Shown here piece after piece: positions 17,772 to 24,919 of a DNA stretch of 25,905 nt. A program made the position numbers and the translations under genes. The DNA lies in NCBI GenBank assembly GCA_044236265.1, contig JBIIGV010000033.1, positions 1-25,905 on the forward strand, written 5' to 3'. Numbering within the stretch: the stretch's first letter is position 1; the number at the start of each line of letters is the position of its first letter. Below the pieces are notes generated by a model, which searched no databases, was not told the DNA's origin, and was given only the letters and a program-made list of their open reading frames with translations. The stretch comes from Oligoflexales bacterium (GTDB lineage: Bacteria; Bdellovibrionota_B; Oligoflexia; Oligoflexales; RGVZ01).

Positions 17772-18527
17772 CTAAGACTCTTTGTCTGATTCAGGTTTCC
17801 GGATGTGAGATACATTGCTGTAAATCAGCTCCAAATGGGGAGTCTTAGCACCATCGCCATGATCGTCACGGTTGATATTCCAATACTCTGGCGAAGGTGT
17901 CCACGATTTTGCTTTGGACCAGTGAACTTGTTCGCCATCTTCATGAAAGAAAAGAATCCTGGCCTTTCTGGTGGTCAGCAACTTCTGTCGACAAAATACG
18001 CACGCTGCGACCTCCTGACTGGTGCCATCAATCTTGACTCGCACTTTCCCGAAGAGCTGGGCCTCAAATGGGCGTGAACAGAAATGGCAGCCGATCACGG
18101 TTTGGGCCATGGCGGGCGCAGCCCTCATAAACTCGTGGGGCTTGCCCACAAGCCCGCGCATCATGGCTGTTTCAATCCGCGTCAGTCTTTCGGTAATATC
18201 GCGACATAAGAAGCGAGGAGCGGTTAAGACGTCAGAATTATCATCATAGGCCCGCAGTTTTTTTACGGCTTCGAGCAAAGTTTCGATCATTTTGAGAGCC
18301 GAGTGGTAGTGATCGAGCAGTGAAGAGTCCTTGATGTTTGAAGCTTGAGCATAAAGCCGATTGGCTTTAGTAACCATGGCCTCAAGATCAAAAAGAAGCC
18401 TTTCAAACTCGTCGCGGTAGGAGGCCGTTCTTGAACGGCTTCCTTGCTCGTGAAGTTGGCTCAAAACCCAGATGGTCAAAAGAGCAACTGCGGCAATGAT
18501 AGTCAGCGCTATCCAAGGCTCAAGCAT
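17772..18527 (-). CDS. Hypothetical membrane-anchored protein with helical region and two CxxC motifs (putative Zn finger)
   Basis: 251-aa ORF; N-terminal TM (WIALTIIAAVALLTIWVL); CHFC and CVFC. AGGA upstream of ATG. Confidence 0.75.
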   Translation of the reverse strand: MLEPWIALTIIAAVALLTIWVLSQLHEQGSRSRTASYRDEFERLLFDLEAMVTKANRLYAQASNIKDSSLLDHYHSALKMIETLLEAVKKLRAYDDNSDVLTAPRFLCRDITERLTRIETAMMRGLVGKPHEFMRAAPAMAQTVIGCHFCSRPFEAQLFGKVRVKIDGTSQEVAACVFCRQKLLTTRKARILFFHEDGEQVHWSKAKSWTPSPEYWNINRDDHGDGAKTPHLELIYSNVSHIRKPESDKES

Positions 18528-18556
18528 TCATGCACATCCTGGATTAAATAGGCTCG

Positions 18557-18576
18557 TGTTGAAAAACTGTGGATAA
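18557..18576. promoter_or_regulatory. DnaA box (perfect) with an adjacent degenerate box
   Basis: TGTGGATAA (reverse complement TTATCCACA) at 18568-18576; TGTTGAAAA (2 mismatches) at 18557-18565. Confidence 0.55.
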
Positions 18577-18652
18577 AACCCCTAGAGCACTAGAATATCA
18601 CCTTCCACAAAAACCCAACACGCTGAAATTATTAGATCTATTTGGTTATTGC

Positions 18653-18679
18653 TCAATTTTAAGAATATTCTTCCGAAAT
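18653..18679 (+). promoter_or_regulatory. Possible sigma-28 promoter for the 61-aa ORF
   Basis: TCAA-N15-TCCGAAAT against the consensus TAAA-N15-GCCGATAA. Confidence 0.4.
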
Positions 18680-18750
18680 TTCCCCTAGCTAGGGCGGGAT
18701 CGGTCTCTTGTTTGGCTGAGTCTACCGCGTGGTGAGTGAGGAGTTGTGCC

Positions 18751-18936
18751 ATGGCACTCTACGAAAACCGACGAGAAAACTTCGACCTTGTTTTAAAAAA
18801 ATACAAGGAATACATAGAGTTATATCGCCTCATCAACAACGGCAGCATTGCCGGCGCCACAGCCTTCGACCAATTTTACTGGGACTACACCTATTACTCG
18901 AAGCACTCTTCGAAGACTCCCGGACCCCGCTTTTAG
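18751..18936 (+). CDS. Small hypothetical protein (61 aa, Tyr/Phe-rich)
   Basis: Strong SD GAGGAG at 18738-18743, 7 nt before ATG 18751; occupies otherwise intergenic space. Confidence 0.7.
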   Translation: MALYENRRENFDLVLKKYKEYIELYRLINNGSIAGATAFDQFYWDYTYYSKHSSKTPGPRF

Positions 18937-19033
18937 CGCAAAAAATACGAGTTTTCTTGACCATATACCCCAAATAAAACTAATCTTAATTTAGATAGTT
19001 AGGCTTTTACCAAGTTTTATTTGGCTACAAAAA

Positions 19034-20032
19034 ATGTCACGTGAATTGATTAAATTGAAATCAACAGAGGATGGTCTGCACATTGCAGATTCAATTCTTT
19101 GGCTGGACTCACAGTTGTCTGGCGATCTTTCTTTTTTGTCATCAGCGTCAGCTCTTTCTCAGACGCGCGTTCCACAAGTCATCGCCACTGAAGAGACAGT
19201 TAAAATTTTAGAGGCCTGCAGAAAAAAACCTCACGCTCTTGTGTGTCAGTACAATCGACCATTCTCCATTGGTCGACTAAAAATGGAGCTTCTTCCATCG
19301 GGAAGTGTTCTTGGTGGCGCAAGCCTCTACGTGGAAACGGACAAAGGGCGTGTTCTCTATGCGCCTTGCTTGCAACCAAACTCAATTGCAACCGTTCGTA
19401 AAATGCAGGTCAAAAAAGCAAACGTATTGATATTGGGCGCGTTTCACCCAGATCCCAACCAATCACTTCCGAATCGTCGGAAGGAAAAGGATCGTCTAGC
19501 CTCCTACGTGAAAGACAAAATAGCCCAAGGTCGCACCCCAACGATTCTGTGTGATCCTATCTCCACCGCTCAAGAAATCACCAAGCTGTTAAACGAACAG
19601 GGTATTGCGGTTGCCGTTCATCCGACGATTTACAGAATTAATCGTGTTTATGAATCTTTTGGCTCAGTGTTGGGGTCTTACGCTGTTGTTGGCAAACGAC
19701 ATTCAGGCAACAGGGTCCTAATTTTACCGAAGTCACGCCGCGCAAATAGCATCTTGCCCGTAAAAGAGAATGAAGGGCCCTTTATCACGATTGAAGACGC
19801 TCTTCCGCAGTTCCGCCGTGACACGAGCGACGCATTTCAAACCACGGTAACCGATACGTTCTATCTATCTAGCCATTGCGACGGGCCAGAGTTAAAGGCC
19901 ATCATCCAGATGGTTGCTCCAAAGGAGCTTTACTTCTTCGGACCCTACGCTAAGCGGTATGTTTCGGAGATGGAAGACATGGCCTCAAAAGTTAGGCCTC
20001 TCTACGTAAACGACCAACCCACACTGTTTTAA
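19034..20032 (+). CDS. Degenerate metallo-beta-lactamase/beta-CASP-like protein (ligase-associated exonuclease-like fold)
   Basis: Resembles short MBL nucleases (GLHI-DS-LWLD, VIATEET, Y-RPF-IG-L-L-LLPSG-VLG, AQE, LSSHCD-ELKA-I-V-PK), but most metal ligands are replaced. Ends in QPTLF. Confidence 0.65.
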   Translation: MSRELIKLKSTEDGLHIADSILWLDSQLSGDLSFLSSASALSQTRVPQVIATEETVKILEACRKKPHALVCQYNRPFSIGRLKMELLPSGSVLGGASLYVETDKGRVLYAPCLQPNSIATVRKMQVKKANVLILGAFHPDPNQSLPNRRKEKDRLASYVKDKIAQGRTPTILCDPISTAQEITKLLNEQGIAVAVHPTIYRINRVYESFGSVLGSYAVVGKRHSGNRVLILPKSRRANSILPVKENEGPFITIEDALPQFRRDTSDAFQTTVTDTFYLSSHCDGPELKAIIQMVAPKELYFFGPYAKRYVSEMEDMASKVRPLYVNDQPTLF

Positions 20033-20081
20033 ATCAAAAATCTCAATTTAATTTGCCGCCAGTTCCCAAAGCCTCCAAGGT

Positions 20082-20111
20082 TTGGCTGCATCATCCGTTA
20101 CAGGCTATAAT
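20082..20111 (+). promoter_or_regulatory. Putative sigma-70 promoter for ftsK
   Basis: TTGGCT-N18-TATAAT, with a perfect -10 at 20106-20111. Confidence 0.5.
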
Positions 20112-20147
20112 TAGTCGTGCAGCTAATAAATTCATGAGGGATTCCGA

Positions 20148-22442
20148 ATGGCAGAAATGACTCAACTGGCCAGCAACGCCGCCGAGCGTATTGGTCGATG
20201 GATGAATATCGATTCCAGGCATCAGTTTGAGCGTGACGCCGCTTTTGTTGGAACTTTGGGTGCCAGTCTTTTTTTAATCATTGCTCTTTTTTCATTTCAG
20301 CCTCTCGACAATTGGATCTATAGCTCGGCTTCCAATGAACTATCCCATAACTTGGCAGGGCCATCGGGCAATGCCATTGCTGGGATGCTTATTTTCTACA
20401 TGGGGCTGACCGCTCTCACGTTGCCCGCACTTTTGATCCAATTAGGCTGGCATATGCGTATTGGAATTTTACGTCAATCCATCACACCAACGATTACAGG
20501 ATGGCTCACGCTTCTTATGTCTCTGATGCCAATTCTAAGTTCCATTCACCCGATATTTTCGATGCGAGGTGTTGGATTTGCAACGGGAGGTGCTCTCGGT
20601 ATTTCTTTCCTATCAGCGCTTAAAGATACCGCAGGACCCATAGGTTCCCATGTTATTTTATGGAGTGCTCTAGCGACCTCCCTGATCCTGATCAGCCGCT
20701 TTGAGTTGGCAGACCTTGCAAGGCTTTTTAGGGGGCAACCAACAAAGACAAGGGTGGCCAGTCGAAGTGAGGCTGCAAATAATAAAACTGATGACGAACC
20801 CCAAGTCTCAATGGCGCCATCTGTTGATGAGAGTCCTGTTCAAGAGCTAGCCCCGACCGAAGAAAAGATCGCCGCCTTTGCAGAGAGTATAGAAATTGAA
20901 GAGGTAGCTGAGTCCACCGGTGTGTCAGATGCCTCAAGTTATCCTGAGGAGTTTGCGCCAAGACGGCCTTATACGACGCCATCCATCGAAACATTTAAGC
21001 GAGCAGATGAAAGAAACTCTTTTGCACTCAGTCAGAAAGAACTTGAAGCTACCGGCGCTGTCTTGACAAAAACTTTGTCAGAATTTGGCGTAGATGGAAA
21101 AATCGTTGGCTGGCAGCCTGGCCCTGTAGTCACGGTATACGAATACCAGCCGGATGCCGGAATAAAGCAATCCAAAATTTTATCTTTGATGGATGATTTA
21201 GCGCTCTCGCTAAAAGTCGATAGTATTTTCATTAATCCGGTTCCTGGCAAACGCGCGCTGGGCATTCAAGTCCCAAATCAGAGACGAGAAACGGTATTTT
21301 TGGGAGACATTATTGCCAGTGAATCATTTCAAAAAAACCCGTCTCCCATGACATTTGCGATGGGCAAAACCATCAATGGCCAGCCGTTCACCGCAGATCT
21401 CACCACAATGCCGCATCTTCTTGCTGCCGGTGCTACAGGTACAGGAAAATCGGTTGGCATAAACAGCCTTCTTTGCAGCGTCATTATGAAATCATCGCCT
21501 GAAGACGTGCGCATGATTTTAGTTGATCCTAAAATGCTTGAATTAAGTGTTTACGACGGAATTCCACACCTTTTAATGCCTGTCATTACGGAACCTGACA
21601 GAGCTTCATCTGCGCTAAAATGGGCCGCCAACGAGATGGAGCGGCGCTACAAGATCATGCAATACGCACAGGTTAGAAATATTGGTGGATTTAATGCCTT
21701 TTGGGAATCAGCTGCCGAGACTAGAAAAGATCAAATCAAGGGTCTAATGAATGACCCCCACATTGCGCGCTTACCATATATCCTGCTGGTGATCGATGAA
21801 TTGGCCGACCTCATGTTAACTGCTCCAAAAGATGTTGAATCCAGCATTCAACGACTAGCTCAAAAGGCCCGAGCATCAGGAATTCATATGGTACTTGCAA
21901 CGCAAAGACCATCAGTGGACGTTATCACTGGTGTGATCAAGGCTAACCTTCCATGCCGTCTCTCTTTCCAGGTTGTCAGTAAACACGATAGCCGCACCAT
22001 CCTTGACCAAATGGGGGCAGAAAAGCTTCTCGGACGTGGGGACCTTCTCTTGCAAAGACCTGGTGTTGGCCGTCTTGAAAGACTGCAGGGTGCTCTCGTA
22101 AGTGACGAAGAAGTTTTGGCTCTCGTTGCAGAAACAAAAAAGAACTACGACGTCGTCTATGACGAGCGGGCTATGAGCTGGATTGACGAAGAGGTAACCA
22201 GAAGTATAGGAGCTGAGGACGTTGCTGATGGAGTCGGCGCTGCCGCTGCCGCAAACGATCCTAAGTGGGAAGATGCTATGAACATTGCGCGCACCCATGG
22301 GGTCGTCAGCGCAAGCTTCCTGCAAAGACATTTGCAAATCGGTTATAACCGCGCTGCACGAATCGTTGAGGGAATGGAACTCAAAGGACTTGTAGCGAAG
22401 GCAGAGGGTTCCAAGCCAAGAAAGTGGCTTGGGGGCCTTTGA
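20148..22442 (+). CDS. ftsK: DNA translocase FtsK/SpoIIIE
   Basis: N-terminal 4TM region, acidic linker, GPVVT, MPHLLAAGATGTGKS, DPKMLEL, VIDELADLM, ATQRPS, GAEKLLGRGD, gamma domain LQRHLQIGYNRAARIVE. Confidence 0.97.
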   Translation: MAEMTQLASNAAERIGRWMNIDSRHQFERDAAFVGTLGASLFLIIALFSFQPLDNWIYSSASNELSHNLAGPSGNAIAGMLIFYMGLTALTLPALLIQLGWHMRIGILRQSITPTITGWLTLLMSLMPILSSIHPIFSMRGVGFATGGALGISFLSALKDTAGPIGSHVILWSALATSLILISRFELADLARLFRGQPTKTRVASRSEAANNKTDDEPQVSMAPSVDESPVQELAPTEEKIAAFAESIEIEEVAESTGVSDASSYPEEFAPRRPYTTPSIETFKRADERNSFALSQKELEATGAVLTKTLSEFGVDGKIVGWQPGPVVTVYEYQPDAGIKQSKILSLMDDLALSLKVDSIFINPVPGKRALGIQVPNQRRETVFLGDIIASESFQKNPSPMTFAMGKTINGQPFTADLTTMPHLLAAGATGTGKSVGINSLLCSVIMKSSPEDVRMILVDPKMLELSVYDGIPHLLMPVITEPDRASSALKWAANEMERRYKIMQYAQVRNIGGFNAFWESAAETRKDQIKGLMNDPHIARLPYILLVIDELADLMLTAPKDVESSIQRLAQKARASGIHMVLATQRPSVDVITGVIKANLPCRLSFQVVSKHDSRTILDQMGAEKLLGRGDLLLQRPGVGRLERLQGALVSDEEVLALVAETKKNYDVVYDERAMSWIDEEVTRSIGAEDVADGVGAAAAANDPKWEDAMNIARTHGVVSASFLQRHLQIGYNRAARIVEGMELKGLVAKAEGSKPRKWLGGL

Positions 22443-23525
22443 TTATTGCTGGTGATTACCACCAATAATAATTAACCGAAGACGCTCGCTCATCGCCTCG
22501 ATTGAAAACTCCGCTTTTGCCGCAAGCGCTCGCGACTGACGAATCGTCGATGTTTCTTCGTGCGATGCCATGAGTAAATCGAATATAATCTTTGCTGCGC
22601 CAGGAGTTTCATGACTGATGTAAGAGGCTCCAAATTCAGGTCGAACAAAGACCTCTGGAAGAGATCCAACAGCCGTTGCAACTACCGGTGTTCCGCACAA
22701 CAAAAACTCCTCGGCAACCCTGCATATAAGTTCGCTACCCAAACTCGACACGACGCCCAAAGAAACCTTTGACATGAGTTCTGCAGTATTGCTGATTCGA
22801 TCACACTGAATGTCGAAATCATCCTGGGAGAGGCCGATCGTTTTGGCGTGTTCGATCAAATGTGTTTTAGAAAGGTTTGCAGGTAATCCAACAATACGCA
22901 GGCGTGGTCTCGCCCCACCGTGGAGATCTGAGAGTGCCAAGATTTTCGTAAAAAGCGACATAAACTCTCGGTGGCCTTTAACAGGGTCTAGCCGCCCAAA
23001 AATCAAAAGCTCCGGTCGCTCTGCTCGCTGTAAATTCTTAAACTCATAGAGGGAGGAATCAATCCCCAAGGTGACGGCCTCTACAGAACAACCGACATCA
23101 TCCATGAGTCCAGCGGCAAGTGCCCGCGAAGGCGTCAAAACAGTATCGACATGAAGATGTCCGATTTTTCGTGTTGTGCGCTGCAAGGACCCTGCGGAGT
23201 GAATTCCGTGGCCATGAAATCGAACCAGCTTTGATTTTCCTTTGAAAAAAAAGGCGGCCGTCGTTTCCGGACCTCCGTAAGTCATGATCACGTCGGGAGC
23301 AAACTCTTTATTAATAGCCGCAAGTCTCGCAAAGCGTCCCGGTCCAAAACCTTCGACCGACTTCAAAGCAAATCCTGCGACTTTAAATCTCGTCTCTATT
23401 GGGCTTTCAGCTAAGCATGTTATTAAAGACTCGGCCCCCAAAAGCCGCATGGCCTTAGCGGCACTCAACGCATACTCACTGATGGCGCTATTCCATCTGT
23501 TTGATATGAGGTGCCAGACCTTCAT
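22443..23525 (-). CDS. Glycosyltransferase, GT4 (GT-B) family
   Basis: FGRLDPVKGH, SSLGSELICRVAEEFLLCGTPVVATAVGSLPE (EX7E). ATGA overlap with the upstream GT2. Confidence 0.88.
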   Translation of the reverse strand: MKVWHLISNRWNSAISEYALSAAKAMRLLGAESLITCLAESPIETRFKVAGFALKSVEGFGPGRFARLAAINKEFAPDVIMTYGGPETTAAFFFKGKSKLVRFHGHGIHSAGSLQRTTRKIGHLHVDTVLTPSRALAAGLMDDVGCSVEAVTLGIDSSLYEFKNLQRAERPELLIFGRLDPVKGHREFMSLFTKILALSDLHGGARPRLRIVGLPANLSKTHLIEHAKTIGLSQDDFDIQCDRISNTAELMSKVSLGVVSSLGSELICRVAEEFLLCGTPVVATAVGSLPEVFVRPEFGASYISHETPGAAKIIFDLLMASHEETSTIRQSRALAAKAEFSIEAMSERLRLIIIGGNHQQ

Positions 23526-24334
23526 TTTCCACCTGAAGCATCACGGTAAAGCTCGCGCAGTTTTGCGTATTTAACAAAGCCGTAAAAGCTTCCAAATAGT
23601 GCCCAAAGAAATCCTGGCCACCCGTCAAGAAACCCAAGCTTAATTATATAGCGCGAAAGAAAATCAACCGGCAACCGCAGCGCAAGCAATAATTCTGGCG
23701 GACATGGTCTTGAAGCATCAAAGCGCGCTTTTGCCATCATGGATGTATACCGATTAAATCGCGCAAAATAGTCATCAAGATCATAATAACTCCAATGCCA
23801 AAGCGTGCCGGGAAGCAATTCGATTGTGGCATTTGGATGTGGAACTAGTTTTTCGTGGATTTCATTTTGATACTTGGATGAGCCGGTCTTAAATAGACGA
23901 ACGACGCGGTCCTTGGAGCGACCATGGGTTAGGGGCTTACCCTGAAAGACAAGGCGCCTACGCAAGGAGTAAACCTTGAGATCGGTTGCCTCTTGCGCAG
24001 TGGCGGCTGAGATCTTTTGCCACAAGTCGGCATCAGGCCTTTCGTCAGCGTCTAAGCAAAGCGTCCAGGTTCTAGTTGCCTGTGCCATGGCAAAGTTTTT
24101 TTGGGATGCATAGCCGTCAAAGTCACGCTTAAAAACTTTGGCCCCAAAGGACTCTGCAATAGCGCGAGTATCATCAGCACTGCCGCTATCGACTAAAATA
24201 ATTTCAGCCCCCTTCGGAATATCCGGAAGGAGGCTTTTAAGGTTTCGTGATTCGTTTAGAGTAATGATGACAACCGAAAGGTTATCACCTAACGCTTTCG
24301 AGTTTAATCTTGATTGGAGAACGACGCCGCCCAT
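23522..24334 (-). CDS. Glycosyltransferase, GT2 family (WaaE/KdtX-like LPS core glucosyltransferase)
   Basis: LSVVIITLNE, VDSGSAD, GYASQKNFA, LDADE, IHE, NRYT, LGFLDG, KYAKL. Confidence 0.9.
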   Translation of the reverse strand: MGGVVLQSRLNSKALGDNLSVVIITLNESRNLKSLLPDIPKGAEIILVDSGSADDTRAIAESFGAKVFKRDFDGYASQKNFAMAQATRTWTLCLDADERPDADLWQKISAATAQEATDLKVYSLRRRLVFQGKPLTHGRSKDRVVRLFKTGSSKYQNEIHEKLVPHPNATIELLPGTLWHWSYYDLDDYFARFNRYTSMMAKARFDASRPCPPELLLALRLPVDFLSRYIIKLGFLDGWPGFLWALFGSFYGFVKYAKLRELYRDASGGK

Positions 24335-24657
24335 TGAAGACTACTTGAGCGACTGTCGATGTTTACAATAACTGGATAACCCTTGCGAACCGTTTGGGTT
24401 GCATTTGTTACCGAGATGACGGCGAAGTTTCCGCGTCTCTTAACGATACGACCAGCCGCTATTGGCCTAGCTTTTTCATCAAGTATACGAACGTGGTCAC
24501 CAACGATTCCATCTTCAAGCTTGACAACACAGCGCTCTCCGTTGCCAGCACAGCTGTAAACAGTAGCCGCTTGAGCCGCGCCTGCCAACATGAAACCTGC
24601 CACAAACAAGAAAGCCCAAGCTTTCAATTTTGCATTTTTGAACCATACGTTTTTCAT
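24304..24657 (-). CDS. Small secreted hypothetical protein (117 aa)
   Basis: GGGAG before ATG 24657; Sec signal peptide ending AQA; two Cys (C-x5-C); beta-strand-like mature region. Confidence 0.7.
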   Translation of the reverse strand: MKNVWFKNAKLKAWAFLFVAGFMLAGAAQAATVYSCAGNGERCVVKLEDGIVGDHVRILDEKARPIAAGRIVKRRGNFAVISVTNATQTVRKGYPVIVNIDSRSSSLQWAASFSNQD

Positions 24658-24842
24658 AACCAACTCCCGAATCAACATTCCGCTTAATTCATTCCAGCAA
24701 CAGCTACTTGATCCTCGTTTACGCCCCCAAAGGGAGCTCTTAAGAGGCGCAAGTGCAATGCCCGTACCAGACATTTTCGTTTGTTATTACAGGCGTTTAC
24801 AAAAAACACGCTGTCCTCCCACGAGTCAAACTGTCTGCTTCA

Positions 24843-24871
24843 TTGACAGTGGGGGGGGCCTAGCCTAAAGT
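24843..24871 (+). promoter_or_regulatory. Sigma-70 promoter for gcvT
   Basis: TTGACA-N17-TAAAGT; the spacer contains a G8 run. Confidence 0.65.
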
Positions 24872-24919
24872 CCTGTATTGCCAAATATTTTCTTAGATTC
24901 AACCGGAGGCAACACCCCC

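Noticed and set aside
18528..18750. Replication origin (oriC), suggested by the DnaA boxes and the AT-rich GATCTATTT stretch
   Set aside because: Only one perfect box, no dnaA/dnaN/gidA neighbours, and skew cannot be evaluated here. A regulatory site is more parsimonious.
18729..18977. Alternative 82-aa ORF
   Set aside because: Overlaps the 61-aa ORF in another frame and lacks the well-spaced SD that supports ATG 18751.
208..24868. Numerous antisense or out-of-frame ORFs (e.g. 3059-3547, 6130-6732, 7321-7863, 12770-13252, 16963-17439, 21912-22337)
   Set aside because: They overlap confidently identified genes and show no recognisable motifs.
24658..24919. Glycine riboswitch upstream of gcvT
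   Set aside because: No recognisable aptamer motifs, and the predicted promoter leaves a leader of only about 40 nt.
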